IMG/VR virus record: IMGVR_UViG_2841231794_000007
Length of the DNA stretch: 64,000 nucleotides
Strand: one strand, 5' to 3'
DNA from: a virus
A program made the translations under genes and the position numbers. This document shows positions 9,837-20,601 of the stretch, in pieces. A model generated the notes under the pieces. The model saw only the letters and a program-made list of their open reading frames with translations. It searched no databases and was not told the DNA's origin. The first letter of the stretch is position 1; each line of letters begins with the position of its first letter.

Positions 9837-9869
9837 ATCCTGTTAATCATTGCCCGTGGTGTTGGTTTC

Positions 9870-10511
9870 AGATATCCGGGTGCCAAAACCGAAGAATAAC
9901 CGGGTCCGATGGCTCGAGCCACGGGAAGCGAAACGCCTGATCGATGAATGCAGTGAACCTCTTAAATCTGTTGTGACATTTGCTCTGGCTACCGGCCTGC
10001 GGCGCTCCAATATTATTAACCTGGAATGGTCACAAATAGATATGCCGAGAAAAGTAGCGTGGATTCCCCCGGATCAGACCAAATCAGGGAAAGCATTGGG
10101 TGTTGCTCTTAACGACACTGCGTGCCGCGTCCTGCGTGAGCAGATAGGCAATCACACAAAGTATGTTTTTGTGCATACGAAGGCTAAAAACAGATCTGAC
10201 GGCTCAATGACTCCGGTTGTCAGAAAAATGCGCGTTGACGGTAATACTGCGTTCAGGACTGCACTTAAACGTGCCGGTATAGAAAACTTCCGTTTTCACG
10301 ACCTTCGCCATACATGGGCGAGCTGGTTAATTCAGGCAGGAGTACCGCTGTCCGTATTGCAGAAAAAATGGGGGGATGGGAATCAATAGAAATGGTTCAG
10401 AGGTATGCGCATTTAGCCCCGAATCATCTTGTTGAACACGCGCGGAGAATTGATGAGGCCATGGGGATTAATGGCACGAATATGGCACGCGCACTAATAA
10501 AAGCGGTCTAA
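9870..10511 (+). pseudogene. int: P22-like tyrosine integrase, C-terminal half only, frameshifted near 10362-10375
   Basis: [32 protein letters not shown]; 5' half deleted; homopolymer frameshift. Confidence 0.9.
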
Positions 10512-10570
10512 CCATGCATCATATAGAAAAGAAAAACCCGCTATATCTGTGAAATATAACGGGTTTAATA

Positions 10571-10620
<50 letters not shown>

Positions 10621-10819
10621 AGTTTTGTTTTTTAATCAATTAGATACCGCATTAAATCACGCTTTCACGTCCCAACAATTAAAAAGATTGAAAAGGTATA
10701 AAGCACATCTAAAACCATTTGTGTCCCAAATATGTCCCACCACTCCTACCAACAGCTATACACCCATCTTTTAAACAAACTGCATATTTGCAACAACTCT
10801 TTATCTCACTGGTGCCACA

Positions 10820-12085
10820 TTAACTTTTCACCACCGGTAACTGACTAAAGTTTGTTGTGTATGCCGGTGACAACATTTCGCGCTTCATCTTGTACCCGCT
10901 ATCACTGCCTTTACCGGCAAACCACACACGGCCCAGCCCACTGTTGTTTATTGTGTCCATAGTCTTCATCAGCTCGTCGCTGTTTTTAAATGGCTGCCGG
11001 GTGGCGAACATATCGAACTGGGTAACAGCTGAATCCGTGAAGTCTGACAGAATGATACCGGCCTTATAATATCGGTACCCATCACACCAGATACTATCCA
11101 GTGCTCTCATGGCGGCATTAATGATGTCCCGCGTGTCGCAGCTGGGGTACTCGAGTGAAATGTTTGCACTGTTCGAATAGTCCGGCCCGTTAGCGTGTCT
11201 GCTGGTCTGTACAAACAGTCCGATCATCCGGCAGCGCTGTTTTTCTTCCCTGAGTTTTTCCGCTGACCGTTCGGCATATTCACACACGGCCTTTCTCATG
11301 GTAACAATGTCCGTCACTTTGGTACCGAATGATCGGGAGCAGAGGATCTGCTGTTTCACCTTTCTGACTTCTTCCAGCTTGATGCAGGGTTCTCCGTTCA
11401 GTTCCCGCAGCGTACGCTCAGTAATAACACCGAAAGTTTTACGGATAGTCGCCGGTGCGGCGTTCGCCAAATCTAATGCAGTGCGAATCCCCATGGTGTT
11501 CAGTCTGGCCGATATTCGCCGACCGATACCCCACACTTCACTGACCGGTATCAGTGCCAGTAACTTACGCTGGCGCAGCCTATCAGAAAGGTCGACCACT
11601 CCGCCTGTTTTTTTCCATATTTTTGCTGCATGGTTGGCGAGTTTTGCGAGTGTCTTTGTCGGTGCAATGCCAACACCGACCGGAAGGTGTGTTTTCTGCA
11701 GAATGGCAGCCTGTATTTCACGTCCGTAATCTTCCGGGCTGAATGTCCTGGTCATGCCGGTAAAGTCGAGAAAGGCTTCGTCGATAGAATAGATTTCTGT
11801 GGCGGGTGCGAAGGATGAGAGCAATGTCATCACACGGCTGCTCATATCGCCGTACAGCGCATAATTTGAACTGAATACTGCCACATTATTTTTGTGACAA
11901 AAGGCGCGGCATTCATAATACAGCGCCCCCATTTTAATGCCGAGAGCTTTCGCCTCTGCTGACCGGGCGATCACGCAACCATCATTATTACTCAGGACGA
12001 TGACCGGCTTACCTGCCAAGTCTGGCCGGAATACTCTTTCACAACTGGCGTAAAAGCTGTTTACATCCACCAACGCAAACATCAC
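10820..12085 (-). CDS. umuC: DNA polymerase V catalytic subunit UmuC-like
   Basis: [21 protein letters not shown]-terminal [10 protein letters not shown]. Confidence 0.95.
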   Translation of the reverse strand: MMFALVDVNSFYASCERVFRPDLAGKPVIVLSNNDGCVIARSAEAKALGIKMGALYYECRAFCHKNNVAVFSSNYALYGDMSSRVMTLLSSFAPATEIYSIDEAFLDFTGMTRTFSPEDYGREIQAAILQKTHLPVGVGIAPTKTLAKLANHAAKIWKKTGGVVDLSDRLRQRKLLALIPVSEVWGIGRRISARLNTMGIRTALDLANAAPATIRKTFGVITERTLRELNGEPCIKLEEVRKVKQQILCSRSFGTKVTDIVTMRKAVCEYAERSAEKLREEKQRCRMIGLFVQTSRHANGPDYSNSANISLEYPSCDTRDIINAAMRALDSIWCDGYRYYKAGIILSDFTDSAVTQFDMFATRQPFKNSDELMKTMDTINNSGLGRVWFAGKGSDSGYKMKREMLSPAYTTNFSQLPVVKS

Positions 12086-12498
12086 TGCGCTCGGTGAATG
12101 ATGTAGGTGACCACACCGAAGATCTGTAAATCCTGTTCACTGCTGATTACGATAGGCTGATACTCCGGATTCATCGGGATCAGCATAGGTACCGGTGACA
12201 GCTGCAATTTTTTAACAGTAAACTCACCATCAAAACTGGCAATCACTATATCGCCTTCAGCCGCAGTTACCGCGCTGTCCACAATAACCACATCGCCATC
12301 AAAGATATTGGCATCAATCATCGAACTGCCCTCAACCCTGAGCAGATAGGTACTTTCAGGATGCCGGATCAGCGCACTGTTCAGGTTTATGCGATCCTCG
12401 ATATAATCCGCCGCTGGTGACGGAAACCCAGCGGGGACATGCTCCAGGAACAGAGGTAATGTCAGAATTGTATCATCGTTTATCTTGACAAGCTTCAT
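12082..12498 (-). CDS. umuD: DNA polymerase V accessory subunit UmuD-like
   Basis: VPAGFPSPA cleavage motif; GSSM and FTVKKL S24 dyad. Confidence 0.95.
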   Translation of the reverse strand: MKLVKINDDTILTLPLFLEHVPAGFPSPAADYIEDRINLNSALIRHPESTYLLRVEGSSMIDANIFDGDVVIVDSAVTAAEGDIVIASFDGEFTVKKLQLSPVPMLIPMNPEYQPIVISSEQDLQIFGVVTYIIHRAQ

Positions 12499-12514
12499 AC
12501 TCAAACCCGATTAA

Positions 12515-12530
12515 CTGTACGCATATACAG
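12515..12530. promoter_or_regulatory. LexA (SOS) box upstream of umuD
   Basis: CTGTACGCATATACAG = CTGT-N8-ACAG. Confidence 0.9.
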
Positions 12531-12618
12531 TTAATGATAGAGAAGTTTGGTTGTCTCATCAATCTGATTTTACTAATATCGTGCGTCACAGCATTACTCG
12601 TTGAAATCAAATCCGATA

Positions 12619-12644
12619 GTCCGATATGAGCGAAAAGCGGAAGT
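12619..12644 (-). repeat. 26-bp palindromic cassette-boundary repeat, copy A
   Basis: Reverse complement ACTTCCGCTTTTCGCTCATATCGGAC. Confidence 0.75.
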
Positions 12645-13392
12645 TCAGAATGTATACTTACTTCGATGCTTGTTAAGCAATGGGGAGTAGGTCAGCAATT
12701 TATTGTGAAAGCAATAACACTAATAGTATTAGTGAAGAGGCTAAAGATTTGTTTAGAATCCGCCCCCTTAAGAGGCGGTATTCTTGGCAAACATTTTATT
12801 TACTGTTTATCAATTGCAATAATGGGATCTCAGCTACATCATTAGGAATATAGGGGTCATCTTCTTTTAAATTAACCCCAATACAATCAACATCATTTAA
12901 CCCAATTTCCCAAGCCCACCTAACATCTAACGTACTCATTTCTATCCCTAAACTATCTCTTTGTGGATGCTCAGGAACAATATTTTTTAACATCGCATCA
13001 CATCCAAGATAGAATTTTCCACAGGCCTGATACGCAGTAAGAAATCTTTCTAGATTGACATTGCTATCAGGAGTCATCGTATTAATTCTACTGATCATTG
13101 TCATTCTTTTAGTTAATGGAGTTGTCATCATATTTTCAGATATTAGTACTCTATAATGAGTTGGGTTTTTAACTGAGATGCCCTTGACAATACAAACCCG
13201 TAATCTGGCTTTACTATCTACCAAGCCTACTGATGATATAAGATCTTTAAAAATATCCTCACCTATATCGGGGTGTTTAAATAATAGATATAACCCTGGA
13301 TAACACGATTTTAATTGAGCGAAACCTACTCCTTGCCAGCGTGTTCTATCCCATAGACGAGGTTTGATTAGACTTTGTACTGAGAGATCCCC

Positions 13393-14601
13393 TCATAATT
13401 TCCCCAAAGCGTAACCATGTGTGAATAAATTTTGAGCTAGTAGGGTTGCAGCCACGAGTAAGTCTTCCCTTGTTATTGTGTAGCCAGAATGCCGCAAAAC
13501 TTCCATGCCTAAGCGAACTGTTGAGAGTACGTTTCGATTTCTGACTGTGTTAGCCTGGAAGTGCTTGTCCCAACCTTGTTTCTGAGCATGAACGCCCGCA
13601 AGCCAACATGTTAGTTGAAGCATCAGGGCGATTAGCAGCATGATATCAAAACGCTCTGAGCTGCTCGTTCGGCTATGGCGTAGGCCTAGTCCGTAGGCAG
13701 GACTTTTCAAGTCTCGGAAGGTTTCTTCAATCTGCATTCGCTTCGAATAGATATTAACAAGTTGTTTGGGTGTTCGAATTTCAACAGGTAAGTTAGTTGC
13801 TAGAACCCATGGCTCCTTTGCCGACGCTGAGTAGATTTTAGGTGACGGGTGGTGACAATGAGTCCGTGTCGAGCGCTGATTTTTTCGGCCTTTAGAGCGA
13901 GATTTATACAATAGAATTTGGCATGAGATTGGATTGCTTTTAGTCAGCCTCTTATAGCCTAAAGTCTTTGAGTGACTAGATGACATATCATGTAAGTTGC
14001 TGATAGGTTTCCAGTTTTCCGCTCCTAGGTCTGCATATTGTACTTTTCCTCTTACTCGACTTAACCAGTACCAACCCAGCTTCTCAACGGATTTATACCA
14101 TGGCACTTTAAAGCCAGCATCACTGACAATGAGCGGTGTGGTGTTACTCGGTAGAATGCTCGCAAGGTCGGCTAGAAATTGGTCATGAGCTTTCTTTGAA
14201 CATTGCTCTGAAAGCGGGAACGCTTTCTCATAAAGAGTAACAGAACGACCGTGTAGTGCGACTGAAGCTCGCAATACCATAAGTCGTTTTTGCTCACGAA
14301 TATCAGACCAGTCAACAAGTACAATGGGCATCGTATTGCCCGAACAGATAAAGCTAGCATGCCAACGGTATACAGCGAGTCGCTCTTTGTGGAGGTGACG
14401 ATTACCTAACAATCGGTCGATTCGTTTGATGTTATGTTTTGTTCTCGCTTTGGTTGGCAGGTTACGGCCAAGTTCGGTAAGAGTGAGAGTTTTACAGTCA
14501 AGTAATGCGTGGCAAGCCAACGTTAAGCTGTTGAGTCGTTTTAAGTGTAATTCGGGGCAGAATTGGTAAAGAGAGTCGTGTAAAATATCGAGTTCGCACA
14601 T
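13393..14601 (-). CDS. IS10 transposase (402 aa)
   Basis: MCELDILHDSLYQFCPELHLKRLNSL is the IS10 transposase N-terminus. Confidence 0.98.
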   Translation of the reverse strand: MCELDILHDSLYQFCPELHLKRLNSLTLACHALLDCKTLTLTELGRNLPTKARTKHNIKRIDRLLGNRHLHKERLAVYRWHASFICSGNTMPIVLVDWSDIREQKRLMVLRASVALHGRSVTLYEKAFPLSEQCSKKAHDQFLADLASILPSNTTPLIVSDAGFKVPWYKSVEKLGWYWLSRVRGKVQYADLGAENWKPISNLHDMSSSHSKTLGYKRLTKSNPISCQILLYKSRSKGRKNQRSTRTHCHHPSPKIYSASAKEPWVLATNLPVEIRTPKQLVNIYSKRMQIEETFRDLKSPAYGLGLRHSRTSSSERFDIMLLIALMLQLTCWLAGVHAQKQGWDKHFQANTVRNRNVLSTVRLGMEVLRHSGYTITREDLLVAATLLAQNLFTHGYALGKL

Positions 14602-14663
14602 CTTGTTGTCTGATTATTGATTTTTCGCGAAACCATTTGATCATATGACAAGATGTGTATCCA
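14594..14663 (+). ncRNA. IS10 antisense RNA-OUT
   Basis: TCGCACATCTTG...CAAGATGTGT hairpin at the canonical IS10 position. Confidence 0.8.
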
Positions 14664-17440
14664 CCTTAACTTAATGATTTTTACCAAAATCATTAGGGGA
14701 TTCATCAGGACTTTGTATGGAATAATCTTTATGTGTTATATTTTCGAAATTAAGTTCCTCTTCAGGCATTCTTCCTTTACCGGGTGTTGGAGCTTTTATA
14801 TCCTCGATCTCCAACACTTTCGAAAATTCACTATCCCAGGATTTATCTCTTAAAAGAGGGTAAGTTTTCTTTTCAGAACTGGCGGAATAAATTTTCTTAA
14901 TTTGTTGATCAATATCATTACCAAGAACATTTTCAATAGATTTGATACAGGCACCAAAACTAATTGCTCTGTCGAATGCAGCATCTTCGAAGATCATTTT
15001 TTCAATGTATTCTGTATTTTTTATAAAAAATAACTCGGGGAGAAGATTGAACACTAATTCTTTGAATTCATTAGTGATTTTTTGTTGTACCTCGATTCTA
15101 AAATCACTTACATCAAAACCAGCGCAATTTATTGTAAGATTTAGTTTTCCACTATTGCTATTTATTTCATGTGATAAGGATAAGTCATCATCGTCATCTG
15201 CTATTACTTCAATAATTAAAAATGCTTCTTTAAGATAGATGTTGTCAATCGTACAGGTTGCAAAAGCACCCTCTAAAAGTGATAAGACATTAGTTGAAAA
15301 CTCTATAAATGGTGACCGATTCGGAAAGTTAATTTCTATAGTGCATCCAAAAATAAAAGATGTATGTACTCCTCGTTTGTCATGGTTATCTTTTATGCCC
15401 TTACTATTAAATCCTGTATCAAAGTCACGTATTTTTTGCAAGAAATCATTATGATCTTTATCGGCAGTAACTCCGTACTCACGTTCAAAATCTTCAATAT
15501 AACCTAAAGCATATTTAAGACATCCCGATGATACAAAAAGGCCTAATCTATCGAGCTCATCGGGGATATTACTCTGTCGATTTATTCCCTTTAGGTCAGT
15601 GTTCAAAATGAGTTGACTTATGTAAAAATCGACTTGCTGATTTTCTTTATCGCCGAACGAGCTATCACTGATATTCTCGTTAATTATTAAAAACAGTTCA
15701 TACCATAAAAGAGCATGTGCTAATTTCCCTAGTTTTATTTCTGTTAGACATAAATTATAATAAATTTCAGCCTGCTTTAAAGATATCTCATCATACTTCC
15801 AGAAGTTATCTGTAATCAAAGAAGCGGATAGAAGCAAGCATGAACGTGAACTCCATAGTAATCCAATGGATTCGTAAGCATAAGCAATAGCTTTTAATGC
15901 TAATATAAATTTATCTCGTGATTCCTCTTTATAGAGTGGAATAAAAGATTTTCCTAAATACTTGATTGCCTGATAAGGGTGACCATTTTGAAGCCTCTTT
16001 ATACCTCTTCGCAGATTTAATAATGCCCCTTTAACTTCACCACCTCTAACAGCAGATTGCTCAGTCATATAGTCTAATAAATTTTCATATGCATCTACAT
16101 CGAAAAAAATGTCATCTAGTTCGTTCAAAAGTTGGAAGTTTTTCTCAAACGGATAGCCTATTAAATTCCCGCTATTTTTAAAAATTTCATGTAACTCTTC
16201 AAATACAACCGAAGCATCTTCTACATCTGAAAACGTTGTCAGTTTATAAATGGCTTTGTGAGTTCTCGCTGTGAGCGCATTACTGGGACGTGAATCATCG
16301 TTAGCTATCTCATCTAGTTTGGCGAGCATGTTACGTTCAATATTCTCAATGTCGATTGTAGATGTTGCGTTGTTAAGTCTAATATAACTTTTATGAACGG
16401 TTACTAAATTTAAAACTTTTTCCCATTTTGAGGAATTAGTTGATGATGCTATACTTTCATACGCTAATTGAAGATTTTCTTCGAAGAGATTAAAATCTTC
16501 CATCCAAAAATGGGATTTCCAGGCGTATTGATAATACGCATCTAGCAATTGTTGATTAGTCCCGAATTTTTTTGAGATTTTTATAGCTCTTTCAAATAGA
16601 CCTTGTGTTTCAATTAGTGGTTTCTCAAGTTCAGCGCTTAACTCTGCAACTTCTAAAAATATATCCACTTGTTCATATGAAATTTCAGCAGGATTTATTT
16701 TCTCTCTAATATACTCGGTTAATTCTTCATATTTTTTATGTTTCTTATAATCATTTTCTCCAAAAATAACTTCTCTTTTATATTGCGTTGGAACTGACAA
16801 TGAATCAATGACCAATTGCTCAAAATGATTTTTGTAAATTTGATCTAATAGCCAATTAATATCTAATATACGGACATCTATTCCAGTTTTTGTTTTTAGT
16901 GTATCCTCAACCTCTGAACGAATATTGGACTTTGCAGATTGATTCGTTACGCAAAATACTTTAGTATACCCACGCTCTGTTTCTTTTATCTTAAGTACAT
17001 CTTCATGACATTTTTTCTTCCAGTCTTTACGTGTACTTACCGCAAAGGCCCAACGTTCTTTATTTGATGCTTCATTAACACCTTCGAACCAAAGAAGCTT
17101 ATTCTGTTCCGAAACAGGGTATGTTTGTGTGTCAGTTTTACCATCCCCCCCTGCTACAGGACCAGTCTGTTCAAGGAGATTAGGGCAAATTATTTTTTCA
17201 CATATTTTTTTTGCAAAATCCTCGAATTGTAATTCTTGATTTCTTGTATTTAGCGTAGAGAGGAAGTGTTCCAGTACAACTCTATCTAAAGTACCAGTCT
17301 CTCTGATTGTTGAATCAGAAAACTTTTCAGGGCGACGGCGCCTTAAAAATTCTTTAGATGAAAATTTGGTTTTCTGTACATTCATGATTATGACGCTCCT
17401 CTTGCTATCGACAATAAACCTTTGTATGCATCAACTAGAT

Positions 17441-17785
17441 TTATTGTTCATACTGCTTTTTTTGAAGAAAAAATTGCGGAAGTTTATTTCTAGACAAGCT
17501 ATCTATGTAATCACTATACCACTGCATCATCTGTTGTCTCCCTTCCAAATACTGTGCATGATTGTAAGCCCCGTGAATAGCGTTCTGATCCACATGTGCA
17601 AGCTGTGTTTCGATCCATGCAGAGTTGAATCCTTCTTCGTGCAGAATGGTACTCAATGTGTGACGAAAACCATTCCCCGTCAGCCTTCCTTTTTATCCTA
17701 ATAGCTCAATTACCTGATTAATGCTTTCCTTTGAGATCGGCTTAGTACGATCATTACGTCCAATGAATGCGATCGGAGATATGCA
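17441..17785 (-). pseudogene. P4/IntA-type tyrosine integrase, 3' fragment
   Basis: GFRHTLSTILHEEGFNSAWIETQLAHVDQNAIHGAYNHAQYLEGRQQMMQWY; internal stop, no 5' part. Confidence 0.85.
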
Positions 17786-17811
17786 CCTAATCTTATAACA
17801 TCGTGTTTTCT

Positions 17812-17837
17812 ATGTCCGTTTCTGGCACAGACCAGAC
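17812..17837 (+). repeat. 26-bp palindromic cassette-boundary repeat, copy B
   Basis: ATGTCCGTTTCTGGCACAGACCAGAC. Confidence 0.75.
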
Positions 17838-17855
17838 GTGCTAGCGGGGCTAAAG

Positions 17856-17881
17856 GTCCGCAGTGAGTGAGGAGCGGACGT
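17856..17881 (-). repeat. 26-bp palindromic cassette-boundary repeat, copy C
   Basis: Reverse complement ACGTCCGCTCCTCACTCACTGCGGAC. Confidence 0.75.
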
Positions 17882-17995
17882 CTATTCAATGATGTAGTAT
17901 TGCGAAATACTTCACTGATTGGCAGTTTATTGCCCTATAAATTCAGACCAGATAGTGAGCGCAATACCAACTTTTAACTATTCAGGAAGACCATT

Positions 17996-18730
17996 ATGAC
18001 GCGGCGATACACACCAGAACAAGCTGACAGGATGCGTAAAAGAAGATACTGGTTTTACGTTGATGGTGAGCGATTCAGCAGTGCAGGTGCAGCGAACAAA
18101 CACGTAGGTGAACGCATCTTTCATGCCACCTGGAGAGCGAACTTAATCGCAAATTCAGGCGGTGAGTCGATGCAAATTGGCGAGCGAACACTCCCCGTCC
18201 AGAGAGGAAAATATACCGTTGTGCTTGAGCGACGTAAGGATCTCTCTGATAAATCCGTGCGTGATTACGCAGCTGCACGGAAGAAACTGCAATGCGCTGG
18301 TTGGACGGACGATGAACTTGACGAAATGGATGATGGCGAGATTTGGCTTGAGTACAAGAGTGAACTTGAGCGGGAAAAGCTCGACGTACCTCATTATTCC
18401 GGTCATAAAAAATATACCCGAGCTGAAGTTAGGCAAGTTCAGGGACGATTCAGGTGCGCAGTTCTGACCAACTGGGAAAATCAATGCGCGATTTCTGGTA
18501 CACGGCTTGCGCTTGAAGCGGCACATATTATCAGCTACGCGAGTGGGGGTTCTTCAAGAGTAGAAAATGGCGTCTGCCTTGCCGCAGATTTACACAAGCT
18601 TCTTGATACAGGCCATATGCAAATTGAAACGGGCTGGGTCAGACTCTCCGATGAAGCAAAAGCCGATCCCCGCTATGCACATCTCGAAGGGAAGCCGCTT
18701 CGTAAGCCACTTATTAAGGTTACGTTCTAA
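17996..18730 (+). CDS. HNH endonuclease (C-terminal HNH_2-type domain)
   Basis: QGRFR...CAISG...LEAAHI...NGVCLAADLHKLLD. Confidence 0.85.
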   Translation: MTRRYTPEQADRMRKRRYWFYVDGERFSSAGAANKHVGERIFHATWRANLIANSGGESMQIGERTLPVQRGKYTVVLERRKDLSDKSVRDYAAARKKLQCAGWTDDELDEMDDGEIWLEYKSELEREKLDVPHYSGHKKYTRAEVRQVQGRFRCAVLTNWENQCAISGTRLALEAAHIISYASGGSSRVENGVCLAADLHKLLDTGHMQIETGWVRLSDEAKADPRYAHLEGKPLRKPLIKVTF

Positions 18731-18894
18731 CCGGTGGGTCTAATGCGTCTTTCTTGCACTGTTAGACGTCGCATTAAATGGTAGGCGTAGCCATTTTCAG
18801 CTTTGGTTCTTTTATATGATTTTTGGAGCACAAACTATTATGAAAAAAAGTGCCATCTGAAAATATTATCGGATATCCAACTACAATTTTAGCA

Positions 18895-18920
18895 ACGTCC
18901 GCTTTTGGCACAGAGTGGCC
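18895..18920 (+). repeat. 26-bp palindromic cassette-boundary repeat, copy E
   Basis: ACGTCCGCTTTTGGCACAGAGTGGCC. Confidence 0.75.
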
Positions 18921-18963
18921 TGCCAGGGTTGCCGCGCTACACATCCACCAGCGCGGCTTTATT

Positions 18964-20550
18964 TTATTCCTCTGCGCTCTCTTCCTGCTTTGCTGCTTCC
19001 TGTGCCTCACGCTCTGCCTGCTCGCGTTCCATCTGTTCGGCCAGTTCACGCTGCTTCACATTCCAGACTGAGCCCTGTGGCATCTCGACACGCACATCGA
19101 GGCGGGTTGATTCCGGCAGGTCACACGGTTCGCCGTCCTGCCAGAAAACACGCTCACCTTCCGTGGTGACCTCTTTCAGCCGCCAGTTCTGGAAACGTTC
19201 CGGTAAGTGCGCATGCTGACGGTGACAGGTTTCAATGATGATACTGCCGTCTTCCAGTACGCGGTCTGCAACGTAAACCAGCTCAAGGCCGTTATTGTCT
19301 TTCGGTACCGAGATACCGCCGTTTACGCCCCATGCACCATCTGAGTTATAACCCAGGATACCGGTAATGTGGTACTGGCCGGTGCCGGTACGGCGGACTT
19401 CTGCGCCTTCGGATTCGTCGTTGGTTTTGTAATGGCCATCAGGGTAAATCTGAACGATTGGCGACGATTTTTTATAATATCCGCTGCCGTCTACGATATA
19501 CATATTGGATGTCAGGGCAACGACATCCTCTATCGCCCCGCCATTGTTACGTCTGATAGCGAGATAACTCCCTCCGCCATAGTTCGGAATAATCAGATGA
19601 TGCGAAATATTATTGGAATACCGTGTAACCAGTGCGGTACCAAATCCCACAACAGTCCGGGGAATATTTGAGGAGGAATTTCCGTACCAGTACTGACCGG
19701 TTGGCGTAACGAAACTATTAAAATCTGTAATTCCTTTACCACCTGCCTCAGAACCGATACCAAAACCTGTACTGTATTTCACATATGTCTGCGTGGCCAG
19801 CGCACCTGAGTCATACGGTATAGTAATAACGTGCTGGTTTTCTCCTGATGCATTTCTGTATGCAAACGTCAGCATCGATACACTACCGGCATGCGGATTG
19901 GTTTCTATCAGTACATATCGGCCATCACCTTTTACCAGATTAATACCGGTGTAATCCCCCGGACTTTTTACTTCTAATTCCCGGAAATGGGCTTTTGCAT
20001 TCCCGTCTACCTTCCAGTTCTGATGAGGACCGAGGTTTCCGCCGATATCCCCGTTATCATTAACATAAATCCCTCTCGTTTTGGCCGGTGACTGAATCTG
20101 TGTCAGCTCCCCGCTTATCAGGAGCATATTGTTAACCCATTCCCGTGAAGCCTGCCCTTTTACATCCTCCAGTGTCACCTTCTGGCCGTTCGGCAGCTCA
20201 ATTTCCACCTGGCCGGTGTCTGTCATCCACTGCTGCATTGCCTGTAGAAAATACACGATATAGCCCTGGTTCGCTGACATAGTGCGTGCCGCATCTGAAA
20301 TGGTGTCCGGTACCGTAGTGGCGATAGAGTATTTCGCGCCGCTGAGCGTTACCGGAGCATTGAATGACAATACCAGTTCTGTATCACTGTTTACCGCGCG
20401 GATCATCATACTGACCGGTGCTGTACCATTCTCGATGCTGATAAGCTGGCCCGGGGCCACGCCGTGAATGTTCTTTTTCCACTGTGTACCGGTGCCGGTC
20501 ACAATCGGTGAACCGGCTTTAATGGCTACGGTGCCGTCTGTATAAATCAT
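18964..20550 (-). CDS. Side tail fibre / receptor-binding protein
   Basis: MIYTDGTVAI...VTGTGTQW N-terminus typical of tail fibres; last gene of tail operon. Confidence 0.8.
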   Translation of the reverse strand: MIYTDGTVAIKAGSPIVTGTGTQWKKNIHGVAPGQLISIENGTAPVSMMIRAVNSDTELVLSFNAPVTLSGAKYSIATTVPDTISDAARTMSANQGYIVYFLQAMQQWMTDTGQVEIELPNGQKVTLEDVKGQASREWVNNMLLISGELTQIQSPAKTRGIYVNDNGDIGGNLGPHQNWKVDGNAKAHFRELEVKSPGDYTGINLVKGDGRYVLIETNPHAGSVSMLTFAYRNASGENQHVITIPYDSGALATQTYVKYSTGFGIGSEAGGKGITDFNSFVTPTGQYWYGNSSSNIPRTVVGFGTALVTRYSNNISHHLIIPNYGGGSYLAIRRNNGGAIEDVVALTSNMYIVDGSGYYKKSSPIVQIYPDGHYKTNDESEGAEVRRTGTGQYHITGILGYNSDGAWGVNGGISVPKDNNGLELVYVADRVLEDGSIIIETCHRQHAHLPERFQNWRLKEVTTEGERVFWQDGEPCDLPESTRLDVRVEMPQGSVWNVKQRELAEQMEREQAEREAQEAAKQEESAEE

Positions 20551-20601
20551 GAGACCTCCCGGATTTCAGACGAAAAAAAACCGCCGGAGCGGTTATTGTT
20601 A

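Larger units (their letters stand above)
13380..14708 (-). mobile_element. IS10 (IS4 family), 1329 bp, 9-bp TSD GACTTTGTA
   Basis: Ends CTGAGAGATCCCC and GGGGATTCATCAG; TSD at 13371-13379 and 14709-14717. Confidence 0.98.
12796..17385 (-). pseudogene. ~1083-aa protein (N-terminal restriction-endonuclease-like domain plus helical/TPR-like region) interrupted by IS10
   Basis: Removing IS10 and one TSD joins 17385-14709 to 13370-12796 in frame (...YSIQS|LIKPRLWDRTRWQG...); N-terminal FEDF...GGDGKTD...FAVSTRKDW. Confidence 0.8.

Noticed and set aside
1238..9876. Assembly duplication of the right-hand prophage
   Set aside because: The copies differ by many SNPs, distinct morons and specific deletions, consistent with two related phages
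14671..17385. Intact 904-aa protein
   Set aside because: Its last ~12 residues are read from the IS10 end; the real gene continues at 13370-12796
12619..18920. CRISPR array or integron attC sites
   Set aside because: Alternating orientation, kilobase-scale spacing, no cas or intI gene, no RYYYAAC/GTTRRRY boxes
18964..20550. Tail-fibre shufflon or diversity-generating retroelement
   Set aside because: No invertase, reverse transcriptase, or duplicated template/variable repeat seen
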